This document shows, piece by piece, positions 34,295 to 45,336 of a stretch of 64,000 bases of DNA. The position numbers were made by a program, and so were the translations under genes. The notes under the pieces were generated by a model. That model worked only from the letters and a program-made list of their open reading frames with translations. It did no database searches and had not been told where the DNA came from. The number at the start of each line of letters is the position of its first letter. The stretch's first letter is position 1. The DNA comes from Fistulifera solaris (taxonomy: Eukaryota), in assembly GCA_030295235.1 (NCBI GenBank), contig AP026162.1:62001-126000 (forward strand), given 5' to 3'.

Positions 34295-37200
34295 GGGGAG
34301 ACTTCCGTTAGGTCTCCAACCAGGGTGAACCTCTTCCGATAGCTCTCCCGTTAGGAGAGACGTTAACTGACTACATTCAACTTTACAGTAGAGTACGCGC
34401 CATTGGATGTGGTACTAATTACTTAGAATCTACTTAGGTTGCTCGATAAAGTAACAAAGCCTTATGAATGACAGTCCCGGATGATTCATGAATCACCCCT
34501 CTAAGATAACCAAATCCTCAATAAACAATAGTCAGCGAGCGCGACCGCTCTTGATAAAGAAAAAGTCAGCGAAGCGACCGCTCTCAATTGTCAATAAAGA
34601 AAAACCAGCCTACGTGACCCTGATGCAGCGAGCGACCTTCCAATAAAGAAAAAACCCAGCCTACGTGACCTTCCACCGATCAAGGCTTTCGTCGAAAACT
34701 ACTTCGTGTAAATAATCAAAACCCAATCTACACAATTTCAGTTTCAAACTAGACTTGGTTGATTAATATCACACATTACTCTATACGTGTCATTCAGCCA
34801 ATTGAAACATAACATCAAATACAAAAGGTCGGAGATCATCTCCGACTCCAATCTCCGAAATAGAGTCAAGGAACCATGTCCTCTCATTGAGGGCACGTCG
34901 ACCATGTTTCAGAATTGTCGCCGCATAAAAACATACATATGGTCCGCAACTATGGCCATCATGTTGCAATAGTTTATTGGGAAGACGCATTTCTTGGTAT
35001 TCCCACGGAGCTTAAATCGGGTAATGTTGATTCCTGCTGCTCGCTTGTTGACGCGCATTCTAATTGCTGCCTCACCGCGACGCAATTTAAATAAACCTGA
35101 AAGCCAGACAGCATTAGAGTAGTGATCGTCCGGATCTTCGAGGGAGTCGAGCGAATAAATAACTCGATTATCGGCATCAACCACCATCAACCACCAGTGC
35201 CTCTCCTTGCACATAGGGAATAAATGAATGCCCAAATTGTTCGATTTTGTCATAGAATTCAATGCCACAAACGCTGAACTAAGCTGCAGTCTACCCTCTC
35301 TCTTAATATTTTGGTTGGCGGAATCCCACAGATTACTCATGACATACGACGGGTGTGCAATAACTCCCTCATCCGTTACGGTCTTGCTTGTTATGCTTTC
35401 AAGGAAACTGTTCACAATCGCGTCATTGAAATAACATTGCGAGTTCATAATTTCAAGGCATTCACTGGTTATGGATGCCGTGGCACCACTCTAGCACCTT
35501 GATATGATGCTTCTTTCCCTCTTCAGGTCGTGACGACTCAGCGACCTTTATCAACGCCCCCTTTGCACTGGATTGCAAAAAGGAGTGACCGAAGAGATCC
35601 CCTGGCATCTTCTTTGTTGTAAATCAGATCGTTTCCATTCTTTCTTGTCCCTACAGTGATAAATGATTCTATTCCACTTCTTTCCTTTTGCTGTCTCTGC
35701 AAGAGTATTCAGCGCACGTGGATTGCAATATTGTTCTCACTCACAAGTCCTCGCTGGTTTGCGCCCTTGCGTTTTCGGGTTGAAGCCCTTCTTTTCATCG
35801 TTAAATCATTTGTTTCCGTTTCCGTGAAATGATTCTGGAATATCAAACTCGTGTTCTTGAACCAAACAATTTAATTGCTCAATGGTTCCCACAAATGGAT
35901 AAGCTGTGTCGTAAAAATAGGATACGATCTTTGATGGTTCATCAGTAATGACTGGGGGTTGCAAAGGGGCTACTCCAATTTGCCTTACTTGTTGTCGACG
36001 TAATGAAAATTGATTTTCATTTCTGGGATCTACAATCTTACCGTCTCAGGTCGAAGGGTGTTCTCAAGAATTGTGATGAGGTCCCACTAGTGGCAGTAGC
36101 GGGACTTGTTATAGCTCTACGAAGTTCTTCTGGTTTTCGGAATACCCACTGAAAATGAACTTGAGAGCGCTTCATTTTGTGCCAAGTTCTTTCTTCGCAG
36201 ATCTAGCGGCATTTTCAGGAAATGCGACGAATCGTCACTGAGATTACCGGATTTGGCGGGACTTGCATTCTTCTTTTGGATGTCTAATCGCCTTTTAAAT
36301 ACATGTGATGAATCGTCACTAGCAGACGTGGGCGGGACTTGCATTAGTGGGTTCTGTCTTCGGTATCTTTATAATCATATCTTCAGGAATCGTGATACTT
36401 CGGTTGTTGGACTGTTTCGAATGAGATCTTGGCAGTGCTCTCAGATTACCCCTCTTCATAGTTGGCATCTCAACTATGGAAGAAACTGCTGTGGCGGGAC
36501 TTCCTGCTTTTGCTTCTGCAATCGGTGGCGGTTTCAACTTCTTTTTACGGGCATGAGTCGGGCCTTTGGCTCTGGAATTTGCTGTCAGTTTCGATCTTTT
36601 CCTTTTTTGTGTTGTATTCTCATTCATTGAAGACTCGATAGTCAAGGCATGAGCTCTGATATCAGGTGGTGGCTTCAGATTTTGACTCTTCATGGTCGGC
36701 CTCTCAAAGATTGACGAATCAGTTGTGGCGGGACTTGTTCCTTCAGCTTTTTGATTTGGTGGCTGTTTCGGCCGTTTTCCTCTTCTCGTTGCCATTTTGA
36801 CTAATGAAAAATCTGTTGTTGCTGGACTGGAAGCACAAGCTGTTGTGGTCGGCGGTGGTTTCAAATTCGGTCTGGATGCGGTCGCTGTCTTCAATATCGA
36901 TGACTTTGCGGTAGATGGACTTGCCTTCTGCGCTTTTAAATTCGTTACTTGTTTGGATCTCCTCTTTGTTCTAGTTGTTGGCATTTCATTTACTGAATAT
37001 TCTGTTGTTGCGGGACTTGAGGCAAAAGCATTATGTGCGGTGCTTGGTTCCACATCTTCATCCTCTAGAATTGTCGACAGATGACCCGAGTGTGCACCAT
37101 AGAGAAACTTTTCAAAATCATACGGACCGGTTGGAGGAAGTGCCCCATATTTTTGCATAATCGTGACGAATGATCGTCGCCCTTCGTTTCAATGATCGAC

Positions 37201-37503
37201 ATGTTAATGTTGTAAAAGAGCAACAGTAGGAACGGAAGGGCAACTATGACAATAAGGAATGCAGCGTTCTGATCATCTTGTCGGCAGTCGGAGCGGAACA
37301 AACGCACAACGCGAACGATTGTGCGGTTATTGTGCGTGACCTAAGTAGAACTAATGATGGATGGAAGGCCTTTAAGTAATTAGTACCACATCCAATGGCG
37401 CGTACTCTACTGTAAAGTTGAATGTAGTCAGTTAACGTCTCTCCTAACGGGAGAGCTATCGGAAGAGGTTCACCCTGGTTGGAGACCTAACGGAAGTCTC
37501 CCC
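34295..37503 (-). mobile_element. Mutator-like TIR element (3.2 kb) carrying a Ulp1/SENP protease gene; no transposase seen
   Basis: 131-bp TIRs (34295-34425 and 37373-37503) starting GGGGAGACTTCCGTTAGG; TSD AGCAATCA (8 bp, or CAGCAATCA 9 bp depending on how the terminal C run is assigned). Confidence 0.85.
34790..37158 (-). pseudogene. Ulp1/SENP (peptidase C48) gene with S/T/K-rich repetitive N-terminus, interrupted by several frameshifts and at least one intron
   Basis: YFNDAIVNSFL, FPMCKERHWWLMVVD, IYSLDSL, and LQHDGHSCGPYV in another frame give the His/Asp/Gln/Cys signature; SPATT repeats upstream. Confidence 0.75.
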
Positions 37504-37581
37504 AGCAATCATTGCATTGCATTTCATTGCATGACTTTTCATTCCTTTAATAAATAACATCAAATCACACACAGTATTACA

Positions 37582-39021
37582 ATGGCTTTCAATTTCGGAG
37601 GAGGAGCATCGTCGTCGTCATCCGATGGCAATAAAGCGCCAGCATTTTCCTTTGGCGGCAACAGTACAACACCCGCTCCGTCGTTTAGTTTTGGTGGTGC
37701 TCCAGCTCCCTCGACAACCAATGATACGAATAGTACGAGCGGTAGTACGGGAGGTTTTTTGTTTGGAGGAGCACCGGCGGCTGCTTCTGCAGGAAATTCT
37801 TTTTCGTTTGGGGGAGCAGCGAGTAGTAGCGCCGCCACGCCGGCACCATCCGCTGCACCTTCCTTCAGTTCCTTTGGAGCAACAACAAGCGACAGCAAAT
37901 CAACGGCACCGTCTTTCGGAGGCTTCGGAGCAGCGAGTGACGAAAAGGCCACAACGGCAGCCTCGACAACCGCGCCGTCGTTTGGGTCCTTCGGAGCATC
38001 AACAAATGCCGACACCGGTGCCTTTGCGTTTGGCTCGAGTGCTTCTTCGGAAAAGGCTGCTCCTGCGACGAATGATGCTCCAAAAGCACCTCCCGCATTT
38101 GGCGCTGCTCCGGCCGGAACTGCGTTTAGCTTTGGTGGAAGTGGAGATGCAGGAGCAGCTCCGTCGAGTAAACGGAACGAGTCGGTATCCTTTGGAGCTA
38201 CTGCAACGACCTCTGCGACGGAGAAAGCGGCGCCTGGTGCATTTAGTTTCGGAGGCAGTGACAGCGGAGCACCCTCGCAAAGCAATAAACGTGCCTCCTT
38301 TGGAAATGATGAAGACTCGGTCCCAGCGGGTGTTTCGACACCGGCTTCGAAACCAACCACTACCTTCCCAACGGCATCGACTCCTACTGCACCTCCTCCC
38401 GTGTCGACGCCCGCCAAGGTGGATGCGACACCTCGCAAAGCCGCCACGGAACCACCGCGTCTCGAGTATCAAACATTGACGGTCGAACAAATCATCAACA
38501 AGTTTCAGAAAGAATTGGAACAGGACGCTGTTGCCTTTCTTGAAGAAGCCCGCCGTGTCGCCGAGTATGATGCCATTTTGCGAGATTCGCAGCGTGATAT
38601 TGTCAAATTGACGCAATTGGCGCATCACACATTGATTGGACAACAGGAGTTGGAGCAAATGCTCAACGGTATCGACGCTTTTCAGCGGGAACTCGAGACG
38701 ACACTCAATACGGTAGAACAACATGTGGAAGATTTGTTTCAAGCGCAGTCACATCAATTACCAGCTGATGCGGACATGGAACGAGAGAAGGCGTATGCCA
38801 CAGCGAGTGCGGTTGAACAACGACTTCAAGAATTGTCCGAGTCGCTCGAAACCGTGTTGGGAGAAATGGATGTGACACAGCAACGAGTACTGACCGGAGA
38901 CACGGGAAAGATTGTCCAGATTCTAAATCAGCACGAAAAGAGTTTAGCTGATTTGGAAACAGCCGCGCGACGTATGGAATTAGATGTGGGGCATGTCAGT
39001 AAGCTATTGGAACGTCGCTAA
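37582..39021 (+). CDS. NUP62: FG-repeat nucleoporin Nup62/Nsp1
   Basis: Many FSFG repeats, then an Nsp1-C-like coiled coil (TVEQIINKF...ADMEREKAY...IVQILNQH). Confidence 0.92.
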   Translation: MAFNFGGGASSSSSDGNKAPAFSFGGNSTTPAPSFSFGGAPAPSTTNDTNSTSGSTGGFLFGGAPAAASAGNSFSFGGAASSSAATPAPSAAPSFSSFGATTSDSKSTAPSFGGFGAASDEKATTAASTTAPSFGSFGASTNADTGAFAFGSSASSEKAAPATNDAPKAPPAFGAAPAGTAFSFGGSGDAGAAPSSKRNESVSFGATATTSATEKAAPGAFSFGGSDSGAPSQSNKRASFGNDEDSVPAGVSTPASKPTTTFPTASTPTAPPPVSTPAKVDATPRKAATEPPRLEYQTLTVEQIINKFQKELEQDAVAFLEEARRVAEYDAILRDSQRDIVKLTQLAHHTLIGQQELEQMLNGIDAFQRELETTLNTVEQHVEDLFQAQSHQLPADADMEREKAYATASAVEQRLQELSESLETVLGEMDVTQQRVLTGDTGKIVQILNQHEKSLADLETAARRMELDVGHVSKLLERR

Positions 39022-39129
39022 TTGATGAGATGTTTTTACAAAGTAATCAAGTCATGGAAGTATATAAAAAATAATTGATTCTGCGTCATCAATATTTTCG
39101 TTTATTGGGATCTTATTGGAGCTATATTT

Positions 39130-41503
39130 TGATCATGGAGAAAATCTGGAGACATTCCAGAAATTCTGGAATTGGTGTATTGCATCATACAGAAATGCTG
39201 GATAAGTTCCAGAAATTCTGGAATCGGCTTATTTTATCATAAAAAAGTTCTGACACATTCCAGAAATTGTGGAGACGGTGTTAATGATCCAGCACAAATA
39301 ATTATGTGCAAGTTCCAGCAATTTTCGGCACGGTACCAGTATCTTGATCATAGAGAAATTCTGGAGACATTCCAGATATTCTGGAAATGGCGCATTGCAT
39401 CAGGCAGAAATTCTGGATTCTGGATACGTTCCAGAAATTCTGGAATCGGCTTATTTTATCATACAAAAGTTCTTGACACATTCCAGAAATTGTGGAGACG
39501 GTAATTATGATCCAACACAAATTATGTGCAAGTTCCAGCAATTTTCGGCACGGTGTCTTGATCATCGTGAATTTCTGGAGACATTCCAGATATTCTGGAA
39601 TTGGTGTATTGCATCAGGCAGAAATTCTGGATTCTGGATACGTTCCAGAAATTCTGGAATAGGCAAATTTCATCATACAAAAGTTCTTGACACATTCCAG
39701 AAATTGTGGAGACGGTAATTATGATCCCGCACAGATTATGTGCTAGTTCCAGCAATTTTCGGCACGGTATCTTGATCATCGTGAATTTCTGGAGACATTC
39801 CAGAAATTCTGGAATTGGTGTATTGCATCAGGCAGAAATTCTGGATTCTGGATACGTTCCAGAAATTCTGGAATCGGCATATTTCATCATACAAAAGTTC
39901 TTGACACATTCCAGAAAATGTGGAGACGGTGTTTATGATCCAACACAAATTATGTGCAAGTTCCAGCAATTTTCGGCACGGTACCAGTATCTTGATCATA
40001 GAGAAATTCTGGAGACATTCCAGATATTCTGGAAATGGCGCATTGCATCAGGCAGAAATTCTGGATTCTGGATACGTTCCAGAAATTCTGGAATCGGCTT
40101 ATTTTATCATACAAAAGTTCTTGACACATTCCAGAAATTGTGTGAGACGGTGTTAATGATCCCGCACAGATTATGTGCTAGTTCCAGCAATTTTCGGCAC
40201 GGTGTCTTGATCATCGTGAATTTCTGAAGACATTCCAGAAATTCTGGAATTGGAATATTGCATCATACAGAAATTCTGGTTTCTGGATACGTTCCAGAAA
40301 TTCTGGAATAGGCATATTGTATCATACAAAAGTTCTTGACACATTCCAGAGATTAGCAATTATCGGAACGGTATCTTGATCTTCGTGCATTTCTGGAGAC
40401 ATTCCAGATATTCTGGTTTCTGGATACGTTCCAGAAATTCTGGAATAGGCATATTGTATCATACAAAAGTTCTTGACACATTCCAGAAATTGTGGAGACG
40501 GTGTTAATGATCCCGCACAGATTATGTGCTAGTTCCAGCAATTTTCGGCACGGTATCTTGATCATCGTGAATTTCTGGAGACATTCCAGAAATTCTGGAA
40601 TTGGTGTATTGCATCAGGCAGAAATTCTGGATTCTGGATACGTTCCAGAAATTCTGGAATAGGCATATTATATCATACAAAAGTGCTTGACACATCCAGA
40701 AATTGTGGAGACGGTGTTAATGATCCAGCACAAATAATTATGTGCAAGTTCCAGCAATTTTCGGCACGGTACCAGTATCTTGATCATAGAGAAATTCTGG
40801 AGACATTCCAGAAATTCTGGAATTGGTGTATTGCATCATACAGAAATTCTGGATTCTGGATACGTTCCAGAAATTCTGGAATAGGCAAATTTCATCATAC
40901 AAAAGTTCTTGACACATTCCAGAAATTGTGGAGACGGTAATTATGATCCCGCACAGATTATGTGCTAGTTCCAGCAATTTTCGGCACGGTGTCTTGATCA
41001 TCGTGAATTTCTGGAGACATTCCAGAAATTCTGGAATTGGTGTATTGCATCATACAGAAATTCTGGATTCTGGATACGTTCCAGAAATTCTGGAATAGGC
41101 ATATTGTATCATACAAAAGTTCTTGACACATTCCAGAGATTGTGGAGACGGTGTTTATGATCCAACACAAATTATGTGCTAGTTCCAGCAATTTTCGGCA
41201 CGGTGTCTTGATCATCGTGAATTTCTGGAGACATTCCAGATATTCTGGAATTGGTGTATTGCATCATACAGAAAATCTGGATTCTGGATACGTTCCAGAA
41301 ATTCTGGAATCGGCACATTTTATCATACAAAAGTGCTTGACACATTCCAGAAATTGGGGAGACGGTGTTTATGATCGGTGCAAGTTCCAGCAATTGTCGG
41401 CACGGTACTTTGAAATCATAGTGAATTTCTGGAGACATTCCAGATATTCTGGAATTGGTGTATTGCATCATACAGAAAATCTGGATATGTTCCAGGAATT
41501 CTG
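39130..41503. repeat. Satellite (R2), ~11 tandem copies of a 214/220-bp unit built from TTCCAGAAATTCTGGAA-related subrepeats
   Basis: Periodicity is visible directly and in repeated ORF translations offset by 214 or 220 bp. Confidence 0.95.
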
Positions 41504-41705
41504 AATACGGTGTCTTGTGTTGTAAAAGAACGTGACGGGGGAAAATTATGCGAAATGCGGATGTAATAATCTGCATCAAAGCATGTTGATGTTTGTTTCG
41601 CAGAAAACCCATTTCAACGGAGTGTTATTTCAAAACCCTGGCTTTATTCTGGAGGTACTACTGTAACGCGAAGCAAACGATTGACTACCAGTTACTCGCG
41701 AGGAA

Positions 41706-42625
41706 ATGGACCGCGCCGCTCATTTTTTCATTCTGTCGGTCATCTTTCTTTTGTGTTTGCTACCGGTAATTTGCAGTCAATCGGCTCTTGAATATATTAG
41801 AGTCTTTTCGGGAAATGCTATTACCAATATGACAATCTACAAGAATCGAGGGGGAAACAAAGTATATGTGCTTCATTTTTCGACGGAACATTGGAGTGTC
41901 TTAGCGACGGATCGTCTGCAACGTACCACAAAGCTGTCGAGGCAAAATAATTGCACTTGGGCTTCGAATGCGGGACCGTATCACGCCGATGGCTCCAGTG
42001 TGGGTCTTGTAGTGAGTCAGGGAGAAATCCGCCATGAGAGCTACGGTGGTGTGGGCTTTGGTTTGACAGAAGACAATACGCAGTGGGTGATTGGGACGCC
42101 AAACCGATCGGACGTTCCCTATCTGAGCGAGTTTGTGACCGGATTTGATTGGTTAGTAAGAGATGGTGCGATGGTGAATTCGACCGATACAACTGGAGCC
42201 GTTTTAGCGGCTCGAACGGCCATTAGTGTTGACGACGAAGGACGACTCCTTCTTATGATTATCGATGGCTGTGAAAAGTGGTAAGTGCTTAGAAAGAAGA
42301 CTTAAGGTACGCATTAGAGGTCGACTGACATGTCTATTAAAGTTTTAAACGGCGCGGTGTAAACTTGAATGCTCTGGCACAAGAAATGATTTTAGTGGGT
42401 GCAAGATACGCTGTGAACATGGACGGTGGTGGGTCCACCGTTTTAGTTCATCGTCATCAAGTGCTGAGCCACCCGACGTGTTTCGATGTTCCGATTCAGT
42501 GTGAACGGAACGTCGCAACAGCGTTTTGCATCCGCGATGCCAACGAAGAAGGAACATTGAGCGCTTCATTGTTGTCTGCTCAACAAGAACAAGTCCGGTT
42601 TGAACTTCAAAAAGTAAAAAAGTAA
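41706..42625 (+). CDS. Phosphodiester glycosidase (NAGPA-like) family secreted protein; intron 42281-42342
   Basis: Signal peptide, ASNAGPY, AARTAISVD, IIDG, YAVNMDGGGST. Confidence 0.85.
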
Positions 42626-43375
42626 ATCCGGATCTGTTTGGACCGCCTCCAATACTAAAACCCAAAAGTTCCAGCCGAATTGCGGGTTCCCTAAACAGGA
42701 ACGCCCCATTTGGTTGGCACGACAAAGCAAAGAGATGCGTGTTTCAGCTACTTCCGAGTCGTTCATTGACAAATCAATATGCTCTATCACAAGATTGTGT
42801 TGCAAAGCGGTCTCTATTCTCGCAAATCCATTCGCAGTGATTCGATTGTGATCCAGACCCAGTACTTTTAACGATGAGTTGCGTACGAGGCATTGCGCCA
42901 GTGCAGCGCAGCCTCGATCATGAATTCGATTGTACCCCAAATGCAGCGATTTCAAAGTATGGTTAAACTGTAAGCTCTCCGCTAATTGTTCGGCACTTTC
43001 ACATGTCAGACAGTTATTATGCAGATGAAGTTCTTCTAGGCATACGTTCGATTTCAGAGCTGCAGCAATGCCTGAGACATCTACCATGTCGTTGTAAGCC
43101 AAATATAGAACTTTCAAAGAACGATGATGCGGTAGCACAATACTCGCAAAGAGTTGCAAAGCATGGTCGTGATGTTTAAACGATGTAGTCAAGTTGAGGA
43201 TGCGAAGGACATTGTTTTGTCGCAACGCCTCGGCTAGATAAGCCATTAGAAACTCGTCCAGCCTTCGTATATTGAGGTTCAGATTCCATAGCTCAGTATC
43301 TTGTTGCAGCAGTCGCGTGCATTGTTCTTGCAGCCAAAGTGGAAGGGCATCGGTAGTGTGAGAATGATTATTCAT
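42566..43375 (-). CDS. RNI-like leucine-rich repeat protein
   Basis: LEELHLHNN, LKSLHLGYNRIHDRG, LKVLGLDHNRI; C-terminal DLLFYFL. Confidence 0.82.
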   Translation of the reverse strand: MNNHSHTTDALPLWLQEQCTRLLQQDTELWNLNLNIRRLDEFLMAYLAEALRQNNVLRILNLTTSFKHHDHALQLFASIVLPHHRSLKVLYLAYNDMVDVSGIAAALKSNVCLEELHLHNNCLTCESAEQLAESLQFNHTLKSLHLGYNRIHDRGCAALAQCLVRNSSLKVLGLDHNRITANGFARIETALQHNLVIEHIDLSMNDSEVAETRISLLCRANQMGRSCLGNPQFGWNFWVLVLEAVQTDPDLLFYFLKFKPDLFLLSRQQ

Positions 43376-43799
43376 TCTTTTCGTTCCCTTAAATCCTGCT
43401 GCTTTGCGTAGGAATCAATCCAGGAAAATGGTTAGTAATTAGACGGTCTGAAGGGAATTAGATCGATTGGTAGGTGCAAAGTCTGTAAATAAAGAATGAC
43501 TAATCACATCATGAGAATAAAATGAGGATGAAAATCTTTTTGTTCTTTTTTCTTGGCTCTCGTGGCTCGTGATGGCTCGTGGCTCTGCGGCTCTGCTCTC
43601 TTCACTTTTGACGCCGTCTGTCAGCATGCTCGCGACCCCGTCCTTGTCCTTTGGGGTTAGCACTCCCCTCGTAGGGAACTCTCTGGCGATTATTGTCGCT
43701 GTTACCGGCGTGATGATGATCCGATGCTAAAGACAGTCTCTCTTGGAAATCAACGCTTTCACCCCTCATGGACATCGACTGCAATACGTCAAACACATG

Positions 43800-44875
43800 A
43801 AATATGCAGAGCTTCGAATGTCTACGTAATTTCACGTGGCTCCCGTAGGGAAATTTATCGACAGAGGGGATACCCGGATATTGAGCAATTTCGATCACAC
43901 CATTTTTCGCATCTTTTCGACACCAATTAAGGACGTATAAAAATGTAAGGACGTGGAGCGTTTCTGGAGGTTATGACACCCTGAGCGCTGAATCGCAGTC
44001 CGTCATGACACCGGTTTTCAATACATTTCTACAGCCCGTCTTGATTTTCGTACATGCGATAATTACCGGACCCGAGGGGGCGAAAACGCATCTTCATTAC
44101 GTGAAATAACACGTGCAACCGACCATATTGGATTCAACTATTTTATATTGATTCTCAACTATCTTTGAATCTAATTCTTGTTTTAATCTACTTTAAAAAA
44201 TATTGGAATGTTGTGGTATGCTTGTTGTTAAAGGAATCAATAAAATGGCGGCTCATAAGAAAGATTGGCTATTATTGCTTGCACCCCTACTTTTATAAGT
44301 GCACTTATTCAATCGTCTTGGAGTAAACTCCTATATATTTTTTTAGGAAAATGAAGTTTAAAAGCTATATTGTCAGTTTAGTCAACTGCATCGCCATTTA
44401 CCGTTTCCGCTGGTAGTGTGAACCTTGCCCATGGTAAGGGCTGGAGAATTGTTGAGAAGGCACTGTTCAATTCTAACCTTTTCGGTCGACCACAGAAGCA
44501 TTTTCCAACCGGACCTCTCAACCGTCCTCAACTAGTGACTATAGAAGCTTTGTAGATTAAAAGATAACAATAACAATACATATTTCGATCAAAAGAGATC
44601 GTTTCTGTTGTGGTCCAAATTGCGCGCTTTTTCACGTAAATGAAGGCTCGTTTTCTCCACCGGGGTCCGGAAATTATCGCATGCACGAAAAATGAGATGG
44701 ACAAAAAACGGTGTGATAACAGACTGCGATTCAGCGCTCAGGCAGGGTGACACGGATTTATCACGGATCTTGTGCGTGCGCCCCGCGTCCTTACATTTTT
44801 ATACGTCCTTAACACCAATGTCAACAATACTTTGCCCAACATCGCTAATACATTGCATAAAACAATAATCGACTT
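43800..44875. repeat. Copy of repeat R1 split by the hAT-like insertion (43800-43927 and 44812-44875)
   Basis: Removing the insertion and one TSD restores TTTCGACACCAATGTCAACAATACTTTGCCC as in the 11.7-13.0 kb array. Confidence 0.88.
43928..44811. mobile_element. Non-autonomous hAT-like element, 884 bp
   Basis: 26-bp perfect TIR TAAGGACGTATAAAAATGTAAGGACG, imperfect inverted similarity further in, and 8-bp TSD ACACCAAT at 43920-43927 and 44812-44819. Confidence 0.9.
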
Positions 44876-45336
44876 TGATTTAATAATGAAACCTGCTAAA
44901 TAGCTAACTAGTGACGGAACTGCTCCCGTCGTGATTTGAGAAGGCGCCCTTCATAGGGATCATCGACATGAACCATAGCTTTTATCTATGTAATTTCATC
45001 GTTTGCAACAACTCTCTTCAGGCTGCGTTATCTCATCGTATCATTCAATGTCTGCGTCTGCGGGCTAGGCTTTCGGGAGTTAAATCTCATAGCAACGGCA
45101 GTTAAAAACAAACATGCGAATACATCGACTATACGAAGCTCATTAGCCTCAGTCAAGAATAAAGAGTCATAATTACAATCTTTTTTATGTCCGACAGACC
45201 CACTGACATGGATTTATGCTAACAAAATGCTGTCCGTTCATTAGCCGTACCAGGTAACAATCAAGCAATTTCCATACTTCTTGTCCTTCCATTTAATGCA
45301 TTCCGTATGTTTGCGCAATGCGCCTTCGGCAATACA

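Noticed and set aside
34790..37582. Functional link between the Ulp1 cargo and adjacent NUP62 (host Ulp1 acts at nuclear pores)
   Set aside because: The protease arrived by a TSD-marked insertion; adjacency is most simply chance.
37560..38742. Long antisense and alternative-frame ORFs over NUP62 (also over ABCG, HDAC and SANT genes)
   Set aside because: Shadow ORFs of low-complexity or codon-biased real genes.
39130..41503. CRISPR-like array of palindromic repeats
   Set aside because: Intervening sequences repeat every 214/220 bp instead of being unique spacers; eukaryotic context, no cas genes.
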